Program-made: the position numbers and the translations under genes
Shown: piece after piece, positions 16,656 to 25,829 of the stretch
Numbering within the stretch: position 1 is the stretch's first letter
Layout of the letters: each line of letters begins with the position of its first letter
Notes under the pieces: generated by a model
What the model was told of the DNA's origin: nothing
The model's input: only the letters and a program-made list of their open reading frames with translations
Database searches by the model: none
Source of the DNA: an uncultured bacterium
GTDB taxonomy: Bacteria; Bacillota_I; Bacilli_A; RFN20; CAG-826
NCBI GenBank assembly: GCA_949290725.1
Contig: CASEST010000008.1
Span: 1-38,105, forward strand
DNA: 38,105 nt
Reading direction: 5' to 3'

Positions 16656-18061
16656 TAACCGACGCTACCATCCATATCTAATTTAATTAATTGATTTAAT
16701 TCAACAGCATATTCCATTGGTAACTCCTTAGAGAAAGGCTCTATAAATCCTAAAACGATCATTTGTGTAGCATCCTTTTTGGAAATACCGCGGCTCATTA
16801 AATAGAATAATTGATCTTCATCAATTTTAGAAACAGTTGCTTCATGTTCTAAATAAGACGAATTATTATGGCACTCATTTTTAGGAATAGTATCTGATTT
16901 TGAAATATTATCCAAAATTAAAGTATCACATTCAATATGAGTCTTGCTATTAATAGCTTCTTTATGAATTCTGGCAGTTCCACGATAATTACTAATTCCG
17001 CCATCTTTAACAATTGACTTAGAAATAATTGATGAAGAAGTATTAGGAGCTTGATGAATCATTCTTGCTCCAGCATCTTGAAATTGTCCTTTGCCAGCAA
17101 CAGCTATTGATACACATAGTCCTTTAGCGCCTTCGCCTTTTAAAATGCAGGCTGGATATTTCATGTTAATTTGGCTACCAATATTGCCATCAATCCATTC
17201 CATACTAGCATTTTCATAACAGACAGCACGTTTAGTAACTAAATTTACGATATTATTAGACCAGTTTTGAACAGTTGAATAACGACATCTACCTTTTTTA
17301 TGGACAATTATTTCGACAACTGCAGCATGTAAAGATTCCTTAGAATAAATTGGTGCGGTACAGCCCTCAACATAATGAACATCTGCACCTTCGTCAACAA
17401 TAATCAAAGTACGTTCAAATTGACCTGTCTTTTCATTATTAATTCTAAAATAAGATTGAAGAGGCTTTTCAAGTTTGACACCTTTAGGAACATAAATAAA
17501 ACTTCCGCCGCTCCAAACAGCCCCATTTAACGCTGAAAACTTATTATCTGCAACGTTAATAACTGTTCCAAAATATTTTTTAACCAAATCAGGATAAAGT
17601 TTTAAAGCCATATCTGTAGAAAGAAATATAACTCCTTTTTCTTCAACTTCTTTTAACATATTATGGTAAACAACTTCGCTTTCATATTGCGTTGCAGCTC
17701 CAGCTAAATACTTTTGCTCAGCTTCAGGAATACCTAATTTATTAAATGTATTTTTAATTTCTTCAGGGACTTCATTCCATGTTTTTTCTTCGTTTTGCGA
17801 ATAACGTGTAAAATATGTAAAACTATCGAAATCTAAAAAAGAAACTTCAGGTCCAAATGATGGGAATGGCATTTTAATGAATTTATGATAAGCATCCAAA
17901 CGAAAATTAAGCATCCATTCTGGTTCATTTTTGGCAAGAGAGATTTGTCGAACAATATCTTCATTTAAACCTTTGCCAGTAGTGAAAATGCTTTTAGCAT
18001 TATCCTTAAAATCATATTTTTCACGATTTAAATCTATTTCATCAAACTTATTATTACTCAT
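16655..18061 (-). CDS. sufB: Fe-S cluster assembly scaffold SufB
   Basis: Strong SufB similarity over the full length (e.g. [46 protein letters not shown]). Start ambiguous between 18061 (GGTGA 5 nt upstream, chosen) and 18073. Confidence 0.93.
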   Translation of the reverse strand: MSNNKFDEIDLNREKYDFKDNAKSIFTTGKGLNEDIVRQISLAKNEPEWMLNFRLDAYHKFIKMPFPSFGPEVSFLDFDSFTYFTRYSQNEEKTWNEVPEEIKNTFNKLGIPEAEQKYLAGAATQYESEVVYHNMLKEVEEKGVIFLSTDMALKLYPDLVKKYFGTVINVADNKFSALNGAVWSGGSFIYVPKGVKLEKPLQSYFRINNEKTGQFERTLIIVDEGADVHYVEGCTAPIYSKESLHAAVVEIIVHKKGRCRYSTVQNWSNNIVNLVTKRAVCYENASMEWIDGNIGSQINMKYPACILKGEGAKGLCVSIAVAGKGQFQDAGARMIHQAPNTSSSIISKSIVKDGGISNYRGTARIHKEAINSKTHIECDTLILDNISKSDTIPKNECHNNSSYLEHEATVSKIDEDQLFYLMSRGISKKDATQMIVLGFIEPFSKELPMEYAVELNQLIKLDMDGSVG

Positions 18062-18494
18062 TATTGTCACCATTTATAATTTTACTAATTCCATCAGCTC
18101 CAATATTAGCACATTTAATTCTTGCAGCTTGCTTATATGTTTCGCTAAAAACAATAAGTTCATCTAACACTGATGCATCATATTCTTTCTCAAAAAGCAT
18201 ATTTTGATACTGTTCGATTATATAAAGGGCATCCTTATAAGATTTCCCTTTTATTAAATCACACAAAATATCTGTCGATGATGTAGAAATTGCACAAGCG
18301 ATACCATCAAAAAGAGCGTCTATAATCTTATCATTCTCAACTTTTAAATAAATTGTTATATCGTCAATACAACTATCACTATCCATTCTAATTTGTTTAT
18401 AATCATTCATATTTTGAGGTTTATTTTTATTATTTGGATTGGAATAATGATCCATAATAATTTCCCTTTTCATTTCATCAGTTAAAGAAAGCAT
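18054..18494 (-). CDS. sufU: Zn-dependent sulfurtransferase SufU (IscU-like)
   Basis: [10 protein letters not shown], three conserved Cys ([19 protein letters not shown]). GGAGG 11 nt upstream of the ATG at 18494. Confidence 0.9.
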   Translation of the reverse strand: MLSLTDEMKREIIMDHYSNPNNKNKPQNMNDYKQIRMDSDSCIDDITIYLKVENDKIIDALFDGIACAISTSSTDILCDLIKGKSYKDALYIIEQYQNMLFEKEYDASVLDELIVFSETYKQAARIKCANIGADGISKIINGDNNE

Positions 18495-19707
18495 CTAAGA
18501 AATTACCTCCATTTTTTAAAGCTTCTACTAAAGCATCAATGTCATTTTTATCATTATAGAAATACAAAGAAACTCGAATAGTACCATAGGTTTTTAAACG
18601 GTCTTTTAATAATTTTGCGCAATGTTCACCACTACGTACAAAAATACCTTTACTATTTAAATAAGTAGCTTCATCTTGAGGAAAAACACCTTTAACATTT
18701 AAGGTAATTATTCCACTATCAGCATGTTCATTATATAAAATTACATTATCTATTTTTTTAATTTTTGATATAGCGTATTCATGGAGATTTTTCTCATGTT
18801 CTTCAATATTGTCCATTCCTATTTTTTCTAAATAAGTTAAAGCAGCATCAAATCCATAAATAGCCGAAATATTCATAGTTCCAGCTTCAAATTTGGCAGG
18901 AGGTTCTAAATATGCAACATTACCACACATATCAAATCGAGCATTATCGCCACCACCAGTCATAAATGGATCCATTTTCTTTAATAAATCAAATTTGCCA
19001 ATCAAAGCACCTATTCCAGTTGGTCCACACAATTTATGGGCGCTTAAACATAAAAAATCACAATCTAAATCTTTAAAATCAATTTTAATATGAGGAGCGC
19101 TTTGCGCAGCATCACATACTAAAATTGCTCCGAATTCATGAGCTATTTTGCTCATTTCCTTAATATCAATCTTAAAGCCTAAAACATTGGTAATTTGAGC
19201 AATTGAAACAACTTTAGTATTTTTATTAATCACTTTTCTTAAAGCCTCTGGAGTACATTTTCCATCATCATCTAAAGGAATATATCTAATAATTGCTCCA
19301 GTCATCTCAGAAACCTTAAACCAAGGTAATACATTCGAGGCGTGTTCAGCTTCAGTTAAAAGGATTTCATCACCTTTTTTTAAATACTTGATCCCATATC
19401 CAAAAGCTACAAGATTCATAGACATTGATGTTCCGCTAGTAAATACAACATTATTTAATTCGCAATTAAAAAAACTAGCGATATGTTTTCGACATTTTTC
19501 TACTTCCTTATCAACTTTATAAGCAAGGTCATAATCGCCTCGATGAGCATTAGCGCCATCAAACTCATAATAATAAGAACAAGCATCAATGACTGATTTT
19601 GGTTTTAATGTTGTAGCTGCATTATCCAAATAAATGAAAGGTTTTTGATCATTTTCGTGGTTTTTATAAATCGGAAAATCTTTTCTTATTTCTTTTACAT
19701 CTATCAT
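18478..19707 (-). CDS. sufS: Cysteine desulfurase SufS
   Basis: PLP-lysine region SAHKLCGPTGIG and active-site loop RSGEHCA. Start set to the ATG at 19707, since the ORF-track start is a TTG upstream. GGAGG 11 nt upstream. Confidence 0.93.
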   Translation of the reverse strand: MIDVKEIRKDFPIYKNHENDQKPFIYLDNAATTLKPKSVIDACSYYYEFDGANAHRGDYDLAYKVDKEVEKCRKHIASFFNCELNNVVFTSGTSMSMNLVAFGYGIKYLKKGDEILLTEAEHASNVLPWFKVSEMTGAIIRYIPLDDDGKCTPEALRKVINKNTKVVSIAQITNVLGFKIDIKEMSKIAHEFGAILVCDAAQSAPHIKIDFKDLDCDFLCLSAHKLCGPTGIGALIGKFDLLKKMDPFMTGGGDNARFDMCGNVAYLEPPAKFEAGTMNISAIYGFDAALTYLEKIGMDNIEEHEKNLHEYAISKIKKIDNVILYNEHADSGIITLNVKGVFPQDEATYLNSKGIFVRSGEHCAKLLKDRLKTYGTIRVSLYFYNDKNDIDALVEALKNGGNFLDAFFN

Positions 19708-19708
19708 A

Positions 19709-20491
19709 TTAAAAAGAACCTCCAATTAAATTCTTTATAAATTCGCTATCATCTTTATCAAAATAGGAAGAAATAGGCATTAAATAACCTAAAGTAATTA
19801 GTCCTCTAGCTTCCTTTAATTCAATTCCTCTCGATAAAAGATAATATAAATGCTCTTCTTTTAAAGAACCAATCGCACAAGCGTGATTAGCCTTAATATC
19901 ATTATTATCAATTTTCAAAATTGGATTAGCTATAGCTCGGGATTTTTCATCAAATAAAATAACTTTAACTTTTTGAGAGGCCTCACTCTTATCAGCTTTA
20001 TTTTCAATATGAGAAGTTCCAAGAATTTTAATTAACGAGTTGTCTTTGCTAACACCATAAGCATCAATTTCAGAGTAGGTTTTGCTAACATGATGATCAA
20101 AAGATATATTAAAAACTTTTGTTTGTTCTTGCGAAGATAAAACGGCTAAATTAAAAGTGGAATGCGCTTTTTCTTCTAAAAGACTAATGTTTGAATTTAC
20201 CTTCGTATTTCCATTAGAAAAATCCGCTAAAACGATATGCAAAAAGGTTCCACGTGAAACATCTGATTTAATATTTAACTCAATATCTTTACACGTGAAA
20301 AGAAATCTAACAAGAATATTTGAATTTTGACCACCCTTTATTTCTACATTATTTACGCTACTAAAATCTTTCATATCAATAGTAACATTTGAATTATCTG
20401 GGCAAATTAAAACTACGCTGTTATCAACTTCCAACGATATTGAATTTGAACTTAAATTATCTAATTTATATTCCTTAATACTACTTAACAT
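19709..20491 (-). CDS. sufD: SufD, short form (260 aa)
   Basis: C-terminal SufBD signature (ANHACAIGSLKEEHLYYLLSRGI). Start set to the ATG at 20491, overlapping the sufC end. Confidence 0.85.
   Translation of the reverse strand: MLSSIKEYKLDNLSSNSISLEVDNSVVLICPDNSNVTIDMKDFSSVNNVEIKGGQNSNILVRFLFTCKDIELNIKSDVSRGTFLHIVLADFSNGNTKVNSNISLLEEKAHSTFNLAVLSSQEQTKVFNISFDHHVSKTYSEIDAYGVSKDNSLIKILGTSHIENKADKSEASQKVKVILFDEKSRAIANPILKIDNNDIKANHACAIGSLKEEHLYYLLSRGIELKEARGLITLGYLMPISSYFDKDDSEFIKNLIGGSF
20246..20261. other. parS centromere-like site GGTTCCACGTGAAACA (15/16 to TGTTNCACGTGAAACA) inside sufD
   Basis: Read directly from the sequence. Only the first base deviates from the consensus. CACGTG occurs only three times in the window. 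Confidence 0.75.
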
Positions 20492-21314
20492 TTTTAAAAG
20501 CTTCCTTTGTAGCACAAGCTCCAATAGAAACACGATTCATTGAATGATCATCTTCTTTTTTGATAGAAACACCAGTTTCTTTTTCAATCCACTCATAGCC
20601 CTCTTTATCAATTCTTTTAATTAAATCACCATTTCCAGTTAAAACAATACGTCCATTTACCATTATTGCGGCCTTAGTTGGATGAATCAAATCAAAAAGT
20701 CTAGCATAGTGAGAGATGACCAAAAATCCTGTCCCCTTTTCTTTTTGCTCTTTCAATATCGCATCACTGACTACATTAATAGCGTCTACGTCTAACCCCG
20801 AGTCAATTTCATCTAACATAGCAATATTTGGATTAAGCAAAATCATTTGTAAGATTTCATTTCTTTTCTTTTCACCACCACTAAACCCATCATTTAAGTT
20901 GCGATTTACCATTTCAAATGGCAAATTAACCTCTTTACAAGCATTTTCTAACAAACGATAAAATTCAAAGAGCTTGATTTTGCTTTCTCTTCTAGTATTT
21001 ATTGCTCCTTTAAAAAAATCAGCAGCAACAACGCCAGGAATTTCGCTAGGATTTTGAAAAGCGAGAAAAAGACCTTTTTTGCTTCTTTCATCAACGCTCA
21101 TTTCTAAAACATTTTCATCATCAAGATAAATCGATCCTTCTGTAACATTGTATCTAGGATTGCCCATAATCACAGCTAAGAGAGTTGATTTACCATGGCC
21201 ATTAGGTCCTAGCAAAGCTAAAGTCTCATCTTCATTAATGTCAAGATTGACACCTTTTAATATCTCTTTTCCTTCTACACTGGCATGTAAATTTCTAATT
21301 TTTAAACATTTCAT
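20481..21314 (-). CDS. sufC: Fe-S cluster assembly ATPase SufC
   Basis: Walker A GPNGHGKST, signature FSGGEKKR, Walker B AMLDEIDSGLD. AAGGTGA RBS. Confidence 0.95.
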   Translation of the reverse strand: MKCLKIRNLHASVEGKEILKGVNLDINEDETLALLGPNGHGKSTLLAVIMGNPRYNVTEGSIYLDDENVLEMSVDERSKKGLFLAFQNPSEIPGVVAADFFKGAINTRRESKIKLFEFYRLLENACKEVNLPFEMVNRNLNDGFSGGEKKRNEILQMILLNPNIAMLDEIDSGLDVDAINVVSDAILKEQKEKGTGFLVISHYARLFDLIHPTKAAIMVNGRIVLTGNGDLIKRIDKEGYEWIEKETGVSIKKEDDHSMNRVSIGACATKEAFKNVK

Positions 21315-21413
21315 CTTACTTCACCTTAATAAATCTTATGTATTTTATAACAAATATTGCTAACTAACAAATAATATGACAAAAATAATAAAACCTTGTG
21401 GTCTATTTGTTTA

Positions 21414-21442
21414 TTGAAACTTTTATACTTATAGTATAAAAT
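21414..21442 (+). promoter_or_regulatory. Candidate sigma-A promoter of the lipoprotein operon
   Basis: TTGAAA (21414-21419), 17 nt, TAAAAT (21437-21442), about 50 nt upstream of the ATG at 21491. Confidence 0.4.
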
Positions 21443-21490
21443 TATAAACGCTATTTGTTAAAATAGTAATTTTTATGGAAGGAAAAAGAT

Positions 21491-23434
21491 ATGAAAAAAA
21501 GTACTAAATCAATGATTTTAGCCTTGACAGCATTCTCTTCTATAGCATTAGCAGGTTGTGGAATCTCTGCAAAAGAAGATTTCATTATCGATTATACTTA
21601 TGAAACTCCATCCGGCTCACAAGTTACCGACCAAATTACTGCTCAAGATATCTTAGATAGATATTTAAGTAATAATGGTAGTAATGCCGCTCAAGCATAT
21701 TATAATGCTATTTATGAGGTTGCTTTGCGCGAAGCTTTCTCTGATGGTGGTAAATTTGCTGATCAAATGGGCACTGTTCAAGCTGAAGTTGATAGAATTG
21801 TTGCTGATGAAAAGAATAAAGCAAATAACGCTGATACATCCTGGGAAGATTATCTTATTAATACATTAGGAATTTCAGCTGAAGGATTATCAGTCGAAGA
21901 AAGAGAACGCCAATATCGTTTAAATCAAGAAGTAGCTCAAATGAAAGAGGTTGTCTCTGATGAATTTTATGATACATTCTCACAATGGAATCCTGAAGAC
22001 GACGTCGATTCTGGTACATCTCAAGAAGACATCGATGAATATAACATGGTCTATGGTGAAAACGGTTATTTAAAAACAAAATTACCATATCATGTTAAAG
22101 ATATTCTTATTAAGGTTGATGCTGACGCTTCAGATTATTCTAGTGGCGACATCTCTTCTCAAAATGCTGCTGACCTTTACGAATTAATTAGAGAATTAAC
22201 AAGAACCAATACTACTACTAATACATTCGGCGATGTAGCAAGAAGATTGAGTGACGATACAGCTAGCGCTGAAAATTTAGGTGAACATTTAATGGACTTA
22301 GATGAAAGTTTCATTAATGAATTCAAACTTGGCGTTTACACATTTGATTCAATTTTTAATTCAGCAACTAACACAAATACATTGTCTGAGAAGTTCTTAA
22401 TGCCTGAAGATGTCCAAGAAAACTTAACTGATGTCGGCGTTAATTACATTCCATATGGTGCTATAGTCGAATTATATAACTACCGTAATGTTGAAACCTA
22501 TAGAGACCCAACAACCGGTCAAGAATTAACAGTCAACGAAGGAAATGCAAATTATTATCCTCGTAATATTATTTTCAACAAATATTTTAACTCTCATAAT
22601 ATCGGTTTCATCATCAATGCAAATGTTAATACTGATGACCCAGAACACTATTACACTTTAACTGATACTGGTGTTGAAGTCGCTTCTGATTTAGATGAAA
22701 ATGGCGATTATAAACTTGGTGATAGCCTTTATTTCGAAGAAGGAACAAGTGAAGCAAATCACTTCGTTAATATCCCTGGATTAGAATACCCAGTTTTAGC
22801 TGATGAAGAAGGTAATCCAATTATTATGGCCAGAAGTGAAACAAGCAATGCTGGTATTCACTTTATCGCAATTAAAAAGTCACCATTAGAAAATCAAGAA
22901 ACAGCTAGTGTCAAACTCAATCAATACTATGCACCTGTTAATCCACTTACTCAAAACGGTCAAGATTCTAATGGACGTCCATATTACAATCCTGACTTCC
23001 CAGTTGATAGCGAAGGAAATCAATTAACAACATTTGTAAGATCTTCATTAAATACCGACTTAACCGGCTATGATGAAAGAGTTTCTACTCTTCGTGATAG
23101 ATACGAAACTTATACTTCAACCAATAAAGATTTCCAACTCTTCCAATGGGTAACAGAAGGAAATTATAAAGCTGCTGATGACCGTGTCCAGGCAATGGTT
23201 GATCAATATATTAATACTAATATTTTCGATACCAACGCAACAAATGAGCAATCATTAACTGATGATTGGTATGAATATAATGAAGTTATTACCGCTCAAG
23301 AAGAAGAAAGAAAAATTGGATTAATTCCTGAAACTTGTGCTATTCACTTTGGAGATATGGATTATTATGGAGTCGGTAAGCTTTGCTATTACACCACTAC
23401 TCTTGATCCAAACAGTCAAGGAAATAATAACTAA
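21491..23434 (+). CDS. Large acidic lipoprotein (647 aa), possible degenerate parvulin/PrsA-like foldase core
   Basis: Signal peptide plus lipobox LAGC (MKKSTKSMILALTAFSSIALAGCG). YHVKDILIKV...FGDVARRLSDDTASAENLGEH...FINEFKLGVYTF...GIHFIAIKK resembles parvulin landmarks, with large insertions. Confidence 0.8.
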   Translation: MKKSTKSMILALTAFSSIALAGCGISAKEDFIIDYTYETPSGSQVTDQITAQDILDRYLSNNGSNAAQAYYNAIYEVALREAFSDGGKFADQMGTVQAEVDRIVADEKNKANNADTSWEDYLINTLGISAEGLSVEERERQYRLNQEVAQMKEVVSDEFYDTFSQWNPEDDVDSGTSQEDIDEYNMVYGENGYLKTKLPYHVKDILIKVDADASDYSSGDISSQNAADLYELIRELTRTNTTTNTFGDVARRLSDDTASAENLGEHLMDLDESFINEFKLGVYTFDSIFNSATNTNTLSEKFLMPEDVQENLTDVGVNYIPYGAIVELYNYRNVETYRDPTTGQELTVNEGNANYYPRNIIFNKYFNSHNIGFIINANVNTDDPEHYYTLTDTGVEVASDLDENGDYKLGDSLYFEEGTSEANHFVNIPGLEYPVLADEEGNPIIMARSETSNAGIHFIAIKKSPLENQETASVKLNQYYAPVNPLTQNGQDSNGRPYYNPDFPVDSEGNQLTTFVRSSLNTDLTGYDERVSTLRDRYETYTSTNKDFQLFQWVTEGNYKAADDRVQAMVDQYINTNIFDTNATNEQSLTDDWYEYNEVITAQEEERKIGLIPETCAIHFGDMDYYGVGKLCYYTTTLDPNSQGNNN

Positions 23435-23449
23435 TAGGAGGTTAAGACA

Positions 23450-25261
23450 ATGAAAAAAGGTAAAATTGCATTATTAGCATTATCTTCAGCCCTCTTATTA
23501 AGTGGCTGTGGAAAAGTAAGTGCTGAGTTATCAAACCCAGATGATCCAATTGTTGTTAAAGACGATGGCACAACTGTCGAAGTAGATAACAACACAATCA
23601 AATATATCTTCGACCAAATCAAAAATGGCGATAATTATACAACAAGTGTACGCGATATTTTAACTGAAGCTATCGCTAAGGCTTATGTTGGTGATTATAG
23701 AGTCGATGACAATGGTCAAGTCTATATCGAAGGGCTCGACTTAGAAAATGACCAAAGCGTCTTTGATTTCGTTTCTAATCATAAGTTCTACTGGAACTGG
23801 GTTTCAACTGGTTCTAGAGTTGAATATGAAGAAGAAGTTTCGATGAGCAACGTCGAAGAATATCGTGAAAGAATCGCTTCTTATATTAATCTTGTTCAAA
23901 AGGAAATCGTTAAAAGTCTTTATGATGAAGCAGTCGTAGCTGCTTATATGAAAAATAATAAGTTCTACGAAGTTTTATATGCAAAATCTATCTACGAACA
24001 AATGTTTACTGTTTATAACGAAAACGGTACAAGCGTTCAACCTGAAATTCTTTATGAAACACCTGATTTCAAAAATGAAAGTAACAGAGAAACATTTGAA
24101 AATGCTGGATTTACCTTTGGAACATTAGTAACAAGAGATTACGATCCAGAATCTGATTATCAAGCAATTATTAGTGGAGACACTCAACTCTTACACTTAT
24201 ATCATTATGTTGATTATATCAATGTTCAAATTATGCCTGATATTATTTCAAATTTATTAACTCAAAGTTATATTTATGAAAGACAATATCAATCGATCGG
24301 CAGAACACAAGCTAGAAAGGTTAACTTTGTTCGTATTCAAGATAATGATAAAAACAATGCTGAGGAATTAGTTAGATTATTTATTGAAGAATATGTTTCT
24401 CAACAAAATGAAAAAGAAATCGACTATACAGCTTTAATTGAAGCATGGAATGGCGATTATAACGAATTAAATAGTGAAAATTCTTCTTTAGATAATGAAA
24501 CTAAAGAGCTTGCTAGCAGCCTTGCTGAAGATGTATTTGGAACACCTTCAAATGTAATTGAAAGTGAATTCGCATCTTATATTGATGGGAAAACTGGTGA
24601 TGATTATTTATATTATGATGGCTCATTATATGGCGATTTAATAAATGATTATTCATATTTAACTAATAACCCAAATACCAACGACTCAACACTTTATGAA
24701 GAATTTACATCTTTAGATGGAGTTAGCTATAGCCCTGAAGAAGGTTTAGCTGAACGTACTAAAGCTTTAAAGATTGATGATTATGTAACAAATGAATGGG
24801 GTACTTCTTCTGATTTTAATTTAGGAGATACAAATATTGTTACCCAACTCTTCTCTTATGGTTTAGCAACTGAATTTGAAACAGCTACTGACCCAGATAC
24901 TCCTTATATTGTCGATGGTTATTACTTGAAACAATTTGTTAAAGGCGGTCCTACTTTCTTAAAGAAAAGAACTTATACTAACGAATTCGATTCAGTTTTA
25001 TGGAGCTATGAAGATTCATATTATGTTATCGAAGTTGTTGATCAAGTCTCATTAGATACTCTTGCTTTAAGTGCTGATGCTACATCTGAAGAAAGAAGCG
25101 CAATTGAAAACTATGCTCGCGAAATCGGTTATACCGTCGCAAGTGATGGAACTTATACTCAAAATGCTCTACTTTACTATCTTGAACAATCTAATATTAA
25201 TTACTATGATCAAGATGTTTACGATTATTTTGAAAGCGAGTTCCCAGATTTATTTGATTAA
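23450..25261 (+). CDS. Large acidic lipoprotein (603 aa), function unknown
   Basis: Signal peptide plus lipobox LSGC (MKKGKIALLALSSALLLSGCG). GGAGG RBS 8 nt upstream. 15-nt gap from the preceding lipoprotein gene. Confidence 0.8.
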   Translation: MKKGKIALLALSSALLLSGCGKVSAELSNPDDPIVVKDDGTTVEVDNNTIKYIFDQIKNGDNYTTSVRDILTEAIAKAYVGDYRVDDNGQVYIEGLDLENDQSVFDFVSNHKFYWNWVSTGSRVEYEEEVSMSNVEEYRERIASYINLVQKEIVKSLYDEAVVAAYMKNNKFYEVLYAKSIYEQMFTVYNENGTSVQPEILYETPDFKNESNRETFENAGFTFGTLVTRDYDPESDYQAIISGDTQLLHLYHYVDYINVQIMPDIISNLLTQSYIYERQYQSIGRTQARKVNFVRIQDNDKNNAEELVRLFIEEYVSQQNEKEIDYTALIEAWNGDYNELNSENSSLDNETKELASSLAEDVFGTPSNVIESEFASYIDGKTGDDYLYYDGSLYGDLINDYSYLTNNPNTNDSTLYEEFTSLDGVSYSPEEGLAERTKALKIDDYVTNEWGTSSDFNLGDTNIVTQLFSYGLATEFETATDPDTPYIVDGYYLKQFVKGGPTFLKKRTYTNEFDSVLWSYEDSYYVIEVVDQVSLDTLALSADATSEERSAIENYAREIGYTVASDGTYTQNALLYYLEQSNINYYDQDVYDYFESEFPDLFD

Positions 25262-25269
25262 TCATCATA

Positions 25270-25300
25270 AACCTCTAAAGAAATTCTTTAGAGGTTTTTA
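25270..25300 (+). terminator. Rho-independent terminator of the lipoprotein operon
   Basis: AACCTCTAAAG-AAATT-CTTTAGAGGTT followed by TTTATT. Confidence 0.8.
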
Positions 25301-25355
25301 TTATCCAAATATCTTTTTTATTCTATAATATATAAATAGAAAGAGGTTTATTTAT

Positions 25356-25778
25356 ATGATCAAAAATTTTGACCCAAATTGTATCTTTTGCAAAATCGTT
25401 GATAACGTTATCCCTTCTTCTAAAATATATGAAGATGATGAAGTAATTGCTATTTTAGATAATGCTCCATTAACTTATGGCCACGCCTTGGTTATGCCTA
25501 AAAAACATTATCAATCGATGTTATCTACGCCTAAAACTATCATGAATCAAGTGATGAATGTTGCCCAAAGAATTGGACAGATTGACGTTGAAATTTTAGG
25601 AGCTAAGGGTGTGAATATTATTACTAATTGTTATGAAGCCGCTGGACAAAGCGTCCCTCATTTCCATGTCCATGTTATTCCTAGATATGATGCTAGCGAC
25701 GGTTTAAGAATTGAAAATCGTCCGATGAAAGAAGTTAACCTTCCTAGCATTGTTGAAAAATTTAAAGGAAAAATCTAA
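25356..25778 (+). CDS. HIT-family (Hint-like) nucleotide hydrolase
   Basis: CIFCKI zinc-finger-like N-terminus and histidine triad HFHVHVIP. Confidence 0.92.
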   Translation: MIKNFDPNCIFCKIVDNVIPSSKIYEDDEVIAILDNAPLTYGHALVMPKKHYQSMLSTPKTIMNQVMNVAQRIGQIDVEILGAKGVNIITNCYEAAGQSVPHFHVHVIPRYDASDGLRIENRPMKEVNLPSIVEKFKGKI

Positions 25779-25794
25779 ATATTATTAATTAATC

Positions 25795-25829
25795 AAAAAA
25801 ATGATAATCGATAAACGATTATCATTTTT
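25795..25829. terminator. Bidirectional terminator between the HIT gene and yhaM
   Basis: A6-ATGATAATCG-ATAA-CGATTATCAT-T5. Overlaps the yhaM stop codon. Confidence 0.7.

Noticed and set aside
21491-21502. A7 tract right after the ATG of the first lipoprotein gene (and A6 in the second) as a phase-variation switch.
   Set aside because: The tracts simply encode the Lys-Lys of the signal peptide n-region. They are shorter than the homopolymers known to slip at useful frequency.
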